Both the position numbers and the translations under genes were made by a program. A model generated the notes under the pieces. It made no database searches. It was not told where the DNA came from and saw only the letters and a list, made by a program, of their open reading frames with translations. Shown piece by piece: positions 53,077 to 64,000 of a stretch of 64,000 nucleotides of DNA. Numbering within the stretch: the first letter of the stretch is position 1; each line of letters opens with the position of its first letter. Source of the DNA: Octopus bimaculoides (lineage: Eukaryota); contig NC_068997.1 of NCBI RefSeq assembly GCF_001194135.2, forward strand, positions 1,495,556 through 1,559,555, read 5' to 3'.

Positions 53077-53744
53077 ATATATGTAAAAGCTGACTGTCAC
53101 ATTTCATTCCGTAATAGCTACCTCTGATAAGGGGAGGGTTATATAATCGACCTGTTACTTAACATTCCGTTGAACCCCTAGTGCTAAACCGGTTGGTAAG
53201 ATCAGCAGTAATGGCTATGTTAAACTGTAAAATCCTTGTGAGTGAATTTGGTTGACGGAAATTAAGCTCAAGAAAGATGAACATGGGCTTAACTTAGTAT
53301 TCCTTTATTTCATCTGTTACATGTTTCGGTATTCCCTAACACATGATGTCACACTATAAATGCATTCCGTAGAAGTATGTCACAAGGGCAGTATGCATCC
53401 TAGAACGCTTTTTCAGACAGCCAAACGAGTATTACATGTTACAGATAAGCAGTGTATTACGTCATAACCTCCTCAGTCTGCAAAAGACTGTTTAATCTTG
53501 AAACACTTGGGGTTTAATGTGATTAAAATTAGAGCCGAACGGTGAGCGGTATAGGTGAAGATTTTCAGGAACCCTAATTATTTTGACAGTGAACGGGAAA
53601 CTAAGATTACTCAAAACGTAGGAGTTATTCAGTCTATATAGTATCTATACGCAATAATGCATTATACGACAGTGATTTTATACATTGTTTGTGGTGTGAC
53701 GTCATTTTGTGTGGCTGACACTAACTAATATCAAACAGGTGACA

Positions 53745-53975
53745 TGAAGAGATGATCAGGTTGCTCTAGTCAAACGATTCTTACTATCAGTGTTGTGTCA
53801 TCCAAACGTAACCGAGCAGGCCTACGCTGGAAATATGTGAACTGTCACGATCTTTTACGGGCAATGTGTACCTGAGATTACATCATCCTGTCTGTCTTTT
53901 TTAAGAGAGATAGATGTGATTTTTGAGGAATATTGCTACTATTACTAGCAGGTTCAGTGACCATACAGACATTCT
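53745..53975 (-). mobile_element. SINE-like repeat, family C
   Basis: Minus strand ggtcactgaacctgctagtaatagtagcaatattcctcaaaaatcacatctatctctcttaaaaaag, similar to 17550-17640. Confidence 0.6.
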
Positions 53976-55320
53976 CGTTGTTTAGTAGAATTGATTATAT
54001 AATTAACCAGTAATTATTTATAAAATAATTTATTATTTGCACAATAATGAATTATTTATACAATTATTTATACAACCCATACTTTGTGAATTTTCTTACA
54101 GATGCTGAAATAAAGCTGGCTACAAAGAGATCAATTCCCATTGTAATAATATAATTAATGTTAAAGAATAAAAAATATTCATTTAAAGGAAATCGATCCA
54201 GTGAAATGAATGCATTTTCATTTGATGTCACGTTTTGGGGGAAGGATAAACAACGTTTAATTTTGAATGCCTCAGCTCGCCAAGTTATTGGATATATCTA
54301 TTGATGGTTAACATTATTTCGACCATCATTGACAGGACATAGTAACATAAACTCTGTAGTGATTACAATTCTTATCCTTTCATCAGAATGAATATATCTA
54401 GCATTACATAAACTGATATATCTTTTCAGATGACTATGTGGTGTAATTTATAGCAGATCGAGTTACTGAAGACAGTATTTGCTCACCAAAATATTTGTCT
54501 GATGTATTGTTGTGTAGATGGATTTTCTTGAGGTGACTGGGATGATTAAACTCCTTAAACATCCGTGCAGTGCATTCAACCATAATATTAATTTTAAGGA
54601 GCATTTATCGCTTAGCATTGGTTCCCGATAACCCAGTAACCGATGATATAATCGATGACACCGTTATAAAAGGAAAGATCGAAGTCATCAAAGTGCTTTT
54701 ATTTCCCTTTCCTCTTCACAGCACGTGTCTATTCTGTCCCACTATACTCTAATATTTCACTAAAATTAACCAATCATAAAATAAAATAAAAGTACAAAGA
54801 AAGCTTTGCACTCTCTTAACAGAGATGTTCATCCTTCGTCAAAGATATTGGAACAAATCCAAGAATTTATTGCCAAAATAGAAACCAGCTGTGTCTGTCG
54901 AACTATAAACGGTTACACTTACAGCATCAACCTATCATAATATCTGATAGTTAGACGACAATTAATGATACATCACATAGAGTTCTATTTAACTTCCATT
55001 TACAACACGGTAGTCATATAATCAGGTGTATTTATGTAAATTTATGTTTGTGCGTGTGTATGTGTGAGTGAATGTGTGGAGATGGGCGCGTGTATAAATG
55101 TGTTTGTATCGCTGGGTCTGTGACTGTCTATGGGAAGAAATAGTATTGAAACCAAACGTTACGTTGGCCACCCACACAACGGTTTTGTTCCAAGATATCT
55201 AAAAATGAAATACTATAAGCCATCGCAATGAATGTGCGTGTATACGTGTGTGTATAACCTGTGTGTGCTAATGTGTGAGCTGCAATGATGTTACTGTGTA
55301 TTCATATATGAAATGTATGC

Positions 55321-55352
<32 letters not shown>

Positions 55353-55910
55353 NNNNNNNNNNNNNNNNNNNNNNNNNNNNNNNNNNNNNNNNNNNNNNNN
55401 NNNNNNNNNNNNNNNNNNNNNNNNNNNNNNNNNNNNNNNNNNNNNNNNNNNNNNNNNNNNNNNNNNNNNNNNNNNNNNNNNNNNNNNNNNNNNNNNNNNN
55501 NNNNNNNNNNNNNNNNNNNNNNNNNNNNNNNNNNNNNNNNNNNNNNNNNNNNNNNNNNNNNNNNATATATATATATATATATATATATAAAGATAGATAG
55601 ATAGATAGATAGATACATATGTATATATGTATATGTATTTGTACGCATATATACATGTGTGTGCGTGTGCGTGTATGTGTGTGTATGAGCGCGTGTATAT
55701 CAATCTCAGGTGTTCTCAGAGTCTTAATCAAACGGCTTCTCAAGAGCTACTGACCATATTACAGAGCTGCCCTTAAACTATTTTACTCTATTCTGCAGCT
55801 TATATTGATTCTTATTTTGAAAGAATTCTTATGATTTCACTTTTTGATGTGTGCTGAAATTCATTCACACAAACTCACATATATGTGCACAAATGATAAA
55901 ATCATCTTTT

Positions 55911-55961
<51 letters not shown>

Positions 55962-56148
55962 NNNNNNNNNNNNNNNNNNNNNNNNNNNNNNNNNNNNNNN
56001 NNNNNNNNNNNNNNNNNNNNNNNNNNNNNNNNNNNNNNNNNNNNNNNNNNNNNNNNNNNNNNNNNNNNNNNNNNNNNNNNNNNNNNNNNNNNNNNNNNNN
56101 NNNNNNNNNNNNNNNNNNNNNNNNNNNNNNNNNNNNNNNNNNNNNNNN

Positions 56149-56224
<76 letters not shown>

Positions 56225-56598
56225 TCATATACACCCAGGTTCACTTTTACAAGTAGGAGTAAATGAACTAAATACGTAAATCAGCAAACATAAATAAACT
56301 TGTGCGTGTCAGTTGAGAATATCACAGTAATGAATCTAAGGCGTTAAGTTTCGTTCCAATGCACCAGCCATTGTACTTGCTACGAAACACTAGGCCGCCC
56401 ACTAACTCGCAATCAAGATATTTTCTGCGTGAACTTCTTAGAACAAAGGATAGAGGGGTATCTAATATACCTTTTGAATATTACTTAATGGGTTTTACTC
56501 CATATTTAGCAGTGAAAAAGTGTTGCTTTTATGAAGTATCATTTCGATATACACACATACATATATATACATATATACATATATACATACGTACAAAC

Positions 56599-56670
<72 letters not shown>

Positions 56671-56951
56671 CTGGGTAAATGAAAATGGCCGAAAATAAGT
56701 ACAAACCGAATATGGGTACACTCATTTCCACCTCTGAGATCCTCGATGCTCCATTGTGTCAATGGTGGGATGGACAGTCGAAATTATATGTTTATATCAC
56801 GAATTCTCAGTGGTGTGAAACTCAAGTCGTAACAGAAAGAATAATTTTCAATAAACCATATACACTGTAATATGTACGTACTGAGCACGCCTCTCTAATT
56901 CGTTCAAAGCAGTTAAACCTTTATATATATAAATATATATATATATACATG

Positions 56952-57158
56952 TATAGGGCTCGGACAAAGTAACAGGAACCCCTTTTTATATGGGTGTTTT
57001 ATTATTTAATATCATTAATATTATTTGGCATCAGTGGTAGCTTTAATACGCCGAGGGGTTGACTCGTACAGCTTCTAGATGGCTAGATGGTTGTTCAGGA
57101 GATTTGAAACCGTTCTTCTTGTAAAACCTGCTTAAGATCCCTCAGCGAAGATGGTGAA
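56952..57158 (-). mobile_element. Tc1-like transposon 3' end with TIR
   Basis: PSSLRDLKQVLQEERFQI...LYESTPRRIKATTDAK on the minus strand. The terminus tatagggctcggacaaagtaacaggaaccc resembles a Tc1 TIR at a TA site. Confidence 0.8.
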
Positions 57159-57197
57159 GGGAAGCAAGCTACTTACCACATAGCCACTCCTACGCCT
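57158..57197 (-). mobile_element. SINE family A head only
   Basis: aggcgtaggagtggctatgtggtaagtagcttgcttccc. Confidence 0.8.
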
Positions 57198-57263
57198 CTG
57201 AGTATAAATATATATAAATGTATATGTACATATATGCTTATATATATGCATATATATACATGC

Positions 57264-57299
<36 letters not shown>

Positions 57300-57349
57300 A
57301 TGCAATATATCTATTTATCTANNNNNNNNNNNNNNNNNNNNNNNNNNNN

Positions 57350-57424
<75 letters not shown>

Positions 57425-58223
57425 GAATATGCACATATATAAATGCATATCTGTATATACACACATACATATACAAATACATGAAAACAAACGCGTGTGT
57501 GTGTACATGTACGTTCACGTGTAACGTGCGTGTGTCTCTTTATCTGCTCGAGTGGGAAACATACACGAAAACTTATTCAGAAAGATTGCCTCTATCTTTG
57601 TTATCTAACTATTGTAATATTGAGAATAGATTTCATATTTAATCCACAGAAGGCAAATATTTGAACGTTAGTTAATTTATATGTTAAACAGGTGATATCT
57701 CTGACATTACAATCCACATTCGGCTTGCAGTATTGGTTTTCGACGAGAGTAAACACGACGAAATCAATTTAAAGATTTATTTTGTTCAGCTTCGTTGAAT
57801 GTGTGATTAGGGGGCAAGGAATCTTTAGCTTAATTACAAATTTCTACTCTGGAAACACTTCAGAGGAAGCAACTGGAATCAATCAATATCCCTCGTATTA
57901 CGTTTCTTGTATTTTAGTTTTGACACAGTAAATAAAGTTAAAGCATACGATGGCAATCCTTAATCTAATCTCAAGGAATTTCAATTATATTTTTCTATAC
58001 ACATCACTTCTATATACATCACTTCTGTACACACACTCACTCACACATACGCACACACCACACACACATACATTCACACGTCGATATATATAGTCAATAA
58101 AACATTTGGTAAGTATATATCCAAAATTTAAATTTTTGTATATATATGTATATATATATTCATTATGGTTACGTATTCGCATAGGACTGCGCACGAGCGT
58201 GTATGTACACACACACACACACA

Positions 58224-58301
<78 letters not shown>

Positions 58302-58762
58302 TATGTATATACATACACACGCTCGCGCATGGTCTTTTGCGAACACGTTACTATAATAAATAAATTTCATTAATATTCTTATTCCGCTTCAGCTTCAAGG
58401 CATTTACAAATATTAATAAGCATATATACACATGTATATAAATATTTAGATACACATAAATATATGCTCATTATACTTACGCACGTAAAACACACCGACA
58501 TAGACACAGGTACACACACATAGTTATGCAGACACAGACGCACACATTCACGTATATTCTTAGGCTATGTGAAATAGCATATAAAGTACCCAACACGTGA
58601 CACTTTACAGAAGTAATCTGACATTTTACAGAAGTAATCCCGTTTCGCTCCTAGGCAGTCATGTTCCCAACTAGTGGTTACGTTCAGTGTGAATTGCTAT
58701 ACAGATGTCTCTTAACGAACGAGGGATTGAGAAAGGAAGTAATGCAACTATGAACAGCGGAC

Positions 58763-58812
<50 letters not shown>

Positions 58813-59260
58813 NNNNNNNNNNNNNNNNNNNNNNNNNNNNNNNNNNNNNNNNNNNNNNNNNNNNNNNNNNNNNNNNNNNNNNNNNNNNNNNNNNNNNNNN
58901 NNNNNNNNNNNNNNNNNNNNNNNNNNNNNNNNNNNNNNNNNNNNNNNNNNNNNNNNNNNNNNNNNNNNNNNNNNNNNNNNNNNNNNNNNNNNNNNNNNNN
59001 NNNNNNNNNNNNNNNNNNNNNNNNNNNNNNNNNNNNNNNNNNNNNNNNNNNNNNNNNNNNNNNNNTGTGAAGCCATTCGATCGTAAATATCATCGCACAC
59101 AACATGGACAAAATTTTTTCGTAAGAAAATACATATTCAAATAAGTAAACCATAATATCATGAATAGCGAAAGCGAAACCGGTTGATATATCAAAAATTA
59201 TATTAAAACTATGTAAAGTGTGTGCATTTTCCTTTTTTTTTAAATTTTTTAAAAATGTGT

Positions 59261-59287
<27 letters not shown>

Positions 59288-59291
<4 letters not shown>

Positions 59292-59597
59292 GAGGGTCGG
59301 CTGAAACAACTGCTTTAGGCCGGCTAAGATACTCTCATGGAATGTGAGAATGTTACGAAATTAGATTTATTTTTCTACATAGTCTCCATTGTGGCCTACA
59401 CACTTCTTTTATCGATGTTGTAGTGCTTGGATCCCATTGGTGGAGGTACTTTAATCTTGTTGATCCAAAAAGTCATCAACAGCAGATATGATGTCATCAT
59501 CACTGCGATGCCGCTTTGCAGCCAAAAGTTGGGAAACAGACGATAGCCAGATGGGGCCAAATTAGGAGAATTGAGAGGGTAATCAAGCTGAAGCATC
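59288..59597 (-). mobile_element. Mariner transposase C-terminal fragment with TIR
   Basis: LDYPLNSPNLAPSGYRLFPN (about YSPDLAPSDY.LFP) on the minus strand; terminus gacgagggtcggctgaaa next to (TA)n. Confidence 0.85.
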
Positions 59598-59924
59598 TCC
59601 ACGTGGAAATTGCTCAGGAAATGTTGAACTGTGCAAAACATAACCCAGACCACATGAAGATCATCATCACTGGTAATGATACATAGGTTTATGGTATCAC
59701 CTAGATGCGTCCGGTCATCTTGCGGAAAACCGACAACCGACAAGCGGCGCAATACGAGTTTGTACTTTAGGTGCGACGGCTGGGAGCTAACGTGGCCTAC
59801 CGGCGCAAGAAATTTTTTCTATGTAGAAGAAGGCTGGTATTATTTCCCACCAAAAGAATTTTGCTCACGTGGCATTAGCTTTGGCTGTGAAAAATAAACC
59901 CGGATACTTTGAACGCACCTAGTA
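59598..59924 (+). mobile_element. Second, internally deleted mariner fragment with a different TIR
   Basis: VEIAQEMLNCAKHNPDHMKIIITGNDT*VYG (about ITGDETWVY), then the 3' end ccggatactttgaacgcacctagta. Confidence 0.75.
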
Positions 59925-60711
59925 TATAAAATACACTGAAACAATAAGTTTTCTAATATACCACTATTCTCTTGACAACCATCGCAAACAAGACATTCTG
60001 TTTCAATAGTTCAAGAAATGTAATTTGAAATACGACTGAAGTTTTTAGATGTTTCTTCTTCTGTAGACGTGAGCCTTTTAACAGTTCTGCTTTAAAATTA
60101 TATCCAATCTTTCTTCTACATTTCAATATTTTGAAAATTATTGCATCCATTCAATAAAATGACATTATCAAAAAGTGAGATGGTAAATGGTGTATGATTG
60201 CCAATGCAAATACGCACACATGCATATATGATTGTGTTAAAATGGCGCCCATTTCTGATTTAGTATAGAAAACATTTACGTTAATTGCAAGTGACGTGCA
60301 ACATTAGTTTTATGCAAGAAAACGAATAGACAATACACATGGAAAGTTTTTACAAGAGAATTGCAGAACTGGCTTCAATAATAGTCTATATTGTTTCGTA
60401 AGGGAATGCTAATTCATTTAGCACCAAATAAGATACATTGTGGAAAAGGATAATTTAGAAGTGCAATGAAGAAATGCAAATCGAATATCTGTGATGTGGG
60501 TGAAACAGGAATCATAAATACCTATACATAGATACACGCAAATATGTATGTATGTGTATATGTATATATGCTACTATATATGCATGTATATAAATACATA
60601 TATACATGAAAATATATATGAATGCATATATTTATATATATTCATATATATACAAAATATGTTTGCATACACCTTGTTATATATGATCATATATCTACAC
60701 AAATATGTGTG

Positions 60712-60760
<49 letters not shown>

Positions 60761-60988
60761 ATGTATATATATATATATATATATACAACTATATATATGC
60801 ACAAAAATATGTATGCATGCATATTTATATATATATAAACAAAAGTGTATGCATTNNNNNNNNNNNNNNNNNNNNNNNNNNNNNNNNNNNNNNNNNNNNN
60901 NNNNNNNNNNNNNNNNNNNNNNNNNNNNNNNNNNNNNNNNNNNNNNNNNNNNNNNNNNNNNNNNNNNNNNNNNNNNNNNNNNNNNNNN

Positions 60989-61024
<36 letters not shown>

Positions 61025-61304
61025 ATATATATTTATATCTATATATAAGCACACACAAATGTATATAGTTATGACTGTGTGTGTGTGTGTGTGCTTTCGT
61101 TATTGTATGCGAGTGTGTGTGAGAATCAGAATTGAAGGTAAAATCTTACTAAAAGCTGTATTAAAAAAAAATCGATATTTTTGTTAGAAGCCATAAGTAA
61201 CATTGAAACTAGTCAGTGTTTGTTATTTAACTACACCATGTAGCACACAAAGAAGCAGTGTAACTAACCAACTGCATTGATGCAGTGATTACATCACGTT
61301 TCAG

Positions 61305-61493
61305 ATTGGGAAACAGTACAAGTACGGATTAGCCCTTACAATCACTTCATAACTAAACATTTGTTGCAGAAGCGACGGGTTTTCGGTGCACAATGGAAAT
61401 TTGTTTACAAAAGAAATGCAAATATTCGGTGCATAAACGATTATTCTGTGCATAAGCAGCAAACCACTGAGCAAATAACCATCTGTTGCTTTG
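61305..61493 (+). CDS. Candidate 189-nt phase1-1 exon
   Basis: Acceptor cacgtttcag| and donor G|gtaaag. Open frame WETVQVRISPYNHFITKHLLQKRRVFGAQWKFVYKRNANIRCINDYSVHKQQTTEQITICCF. No homology recognised. Confidence 0.28.
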
Positions 61494-62191
61494 GTAAAGT
61501 CTCCCTATATATATAACACAACATTCATACCTAGTTTTTTTCCCTCCTGAGTTTTATAAATACTTATGTAGAATCATCTGTACATTCGCTTAAGGTTGAA
61601 GAAAACTTTAACAATGTACAAAGCTGTCCATGTGAGCGTACTTACATGTGCTTGTGTCTGTTTGTGCTGTATGTATATATTTATTATAAGTTTATTCTAT
61701 GTTTGTATTTGTGAGCAAGTATATCTTTAAGAAAAATATCGGAATGTTTCTCGGTGCAGTCTCTTCTCTGAAATGATATTTGGAATTATTTATATATATT
61801 TGGAGGTGGAAAGTGGTGGAAAGAGAGGACCAAGGGATCGAAAACTTACTGAGAAACAACGAAAGAAGAATTACAACTCGAAGAAATTTAACGTAGCGTT
61901 GTGGGATACCGGGGAAGTAGAAGTATTGCTATATACATATTCATATATTCATACATCACTCTGGTACAAATATTTCGTGAATTAGGAAGGAATATGTATA
62001 CGGAGTCATATCCATATCTTTAATATCTCGCACTATAAAAGGCCAAGTCTCATATCACCTTTATTCTTATTCCTTGGTTCCAACAATTTTTTGTTATGCT
62101 CTAGTAATGTTCAGGGGAAATCGAATGGCTGTACTCAGCAGGTGGAAGAGAAGTAACGAATTTTAGGGATGGCTTATATAAATATATAAAT

Positions 62192-62211
62192 AGCTGGCAC
62201 AGAGAGAGAGA

Positions 62212-62286
<75 letters not shown>
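62192..62286. repeat. (GA)n microsatellite, about 95 bp
   Basis: Direct inspection. One of dozens of (TA)n, (CA)n, (TATG)n, (CTAT)n, (AAT)n and (TTTC)n tracts in the window. Confidence 0.95.
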
Positions 62287-62290
<4 letters not shown>

Positions 62291-62494
62291 TAAAAAGTAA
62301 GCATTTATCCAACATTCTGGAAATAGAAAGCTAATGTGATCAAACAACAAAGGTTCAGAAAGTAAGAAAATAATGAGAGAAATAGGAATTAATATATGAT
62401 TATGAAAATTATAGGAGAGGGGCAATTTGAAACGAAGGGAACAGGTGGACAAAACTTTTGATTAAGAGAAAAACAATTGAAATTTTATGTGTAT

Positions 62495-62920
62495 AGGCGC
62501 AGGAGTGGCTGTGTGGTAAGTAGCTTGCTTACCAACTACATGGTTCCGGGCTCAGTCCCACTGCGTGGCACCTTGGGCAAGTGTCTTCTATTATAGCCTC
62601 AGGCCGACCAAAGCCTTGTGAGTGGATTTCGTAGACGGAAACTGAAAGAAGGCCGTCGTATATATGTATATACATATGTGTATATGTGTGTGAGTTTGTG
62701 TGTGTGTGTTTGTGTGTCTGTGTTTGTCTCCCTAGCATTACTTGACAACCGATGCTGGTGTGTTTATGTCCCCGTCACTTAGCCGTTCGGCAAAAGAGAC
62801 CGATAGAATAAGTACTAGGCTTACAAAGAATAAGTCCCAGGGTCGATTTGCTCCACTAAAGGCGGTGCTCCAGCATGGCCGCAGTCAAATGACTGAAACA
62901 AATAAAAGAGTAAAAGAGTA
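62495..62920 (+). mobile_element. Full-length, well-preserved SINE family A
   Basis: tRNA-like head aggcgcaggagtggctgtgtggtaag...ggttccgggctcagtccc (A/B-box-like), central TA/TG microsatellite, 3' domain and (TAAAAGAG) tail. Confidence 0.95.
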
Positions 62921-63059
62921 TATACAGCGAGGGTGAATGTGAATAAAATAGTGTAAGTGTGAATAATGAAGGAAATGAGGAAGTCGAACTGCGAGTATAA
63001 GGACATGTAGGGCCTGCGTTTTTAAGTATATTACAATTTCAATTAACATAACTTCTCAG

Positions 63060-63145
63060 TCACAGAAAAATCAGATCGATGACGACCTATGCGAAAGGAC
63101 AAAGATTAGAATATATGCGTGCATGGCGTGAGTTACAAAGGGGAG
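63060..63145 (+). CDS. Candidate short exon
   Basis: Acceptor aacttctcag| and strong donor GAG|gtaaga. Open frame HRKIRSMTTYAKGQRLEYMRAWRELQRG with ATG at 63079. No homology recognised. Confidence 0.25.
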
Positions 63146-63594
63146 GTAAGAAAACTCCATCAGAAAAGTTAAGAACTACGGGACAGATAGAAAATACAAC
63201 ATTTTTCTCAAGTATTACCATTACATAAATATATTCTTAACCACTGTGGAAATAGGATACTTGTTTAAACTAGAGTACACTCTGCCAATAGCGTTGAATA
63301 AGGAGCTAACCGATTAACTTTATCTTTTATTAAACCCCAGAAAAGTTTAACCTTACTTAGTTTCGACGTCATTCAAGACAGCGAAGATGTCACTCATGTG
63401 CCTTTAATTATAAAGGAAACTACTTGCTTTAATACTTACTTAATCATGGTTTCACGACAAGGCACTATATACACGCGCGCACGCGCACACACACATATTT
63501 ATATTAAACACACATATATAACTCAAACACATTTTTACACTCACATATATATATGCACACAGACTCATACACACACACATATATATATATATGA

Positions 63595-63652
<58 letters not shown>

Positions 63653-63777
63653 GTAGGAATTTACAAATACACACTCAGCACACACACAAACACACACATG
63701 CCCACAAGCGCGCGCGCACGCACACACGCACACGCATGGCTGTACTCATACACACATACACACACACACACACATAT

Positions 63778-64000
63778 ATATGTAGTGAATGCATTCCAAA
63801 GGGTTTTGAGACATTTTCTGGAAAGACATTTATTGATTTCAGAGAAGTACAAAACTCTATCTGCTTCAAAGTTGGATTCTCTGACTTCAGCGCATGTGTA
63901 GCGCTTCAGCCACTTCATGGAGGCCCCATGGATTGTCCTCCGTAGCGAAGGTGTCCAGGACCCTTGTCGCAGTCACTTTCATCTTTTTCTTCAGCTTAGG
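63778..64000 (-). mobile_element. Mariner 3' end (continues beyond window)
   Basis: MKVTATRVLDTFATED...KWLKRYTCAEVRESNFE (about KWLERY.KC....G.YFEG), followed by a TIR-like end finishing at TA. Confidence 0.75.

Noticed and set aside
55914-56212. (TG)n and (CA)n on either side of a gap, suggesting a hairpin
   Set aside because: The intervening sequence is unknown and this may be a scaffolding artefact.
56785-56835. GAAACUCAAGUC, and a similar partial motif on the minus strand near 53310-53345
   Set aside because: The upstream core is too degenerate; it cannot be distinguished from chance.
61773-61985. VALWDTGE resembling the small-GTPase G3 motif
   Set aside because: No G1 or G4 motifs and no supporting exon structure.
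72-63945. Long ORFs made of YIYI, CVCV, HTHT, LSLS or X runs
   Set aside because: They are translations of microsatellites and N-gaps.
1-64000. CRISPR arrays, rRNA, bona fide tRNA genes or prokaryotic operons
   Set aside because: None seen. The tRNA-like segments are SINE heads and no repeat-spacer periodicity is present.

Overview
AT-rich, microsatellite-dense eukaryotic DNA with 14 N-gaps, most flanked by (TA)n or (CA)n/(TG)n tracts. The dominant tRNA-derived SINE and the overall repeat landscape resemble those I recognise from Octopus genomes; this taxonomy is an inference and I ran no search. No protein-coding gene can be called with confidence, and most ORFs in the track are microsatellite or gap artefacts. 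The window reads as intronic or intergenic DNA filled with decayed mobile elements: several SINE families, RTE, CR1-like and CRE-like LINE fragments, an ORF1-only element with a CCHC zinc knuckle, two Penelope-like (GIY-YIG) fragments, mariner/Tc1 pieces and a probable non-autonomous Helitron. A few isolated exon-like segments are reported at low confidence. The most interesting signal is a set of type I hammerhead ribozyme motifs that the ORF track does not show. One has a fully canonical core (31097-31143, minus strand) inside a 419-bp inverted repeat. One differs from the core by a single base (23803-23855). Two decayed copies sit at the same position in a pair of direct repeats about 1.4 kb apart (29100-29131 and 30545-30576). 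One lies just downstream of a Penelope ORF (5530-5580). Together they suggest a Penelope/retrozyme-like ribozyme repeat system. A second notable structure is an RTE insertion with an inverted 5' half (twin-priming-like) that carries a nested mariner MITE.
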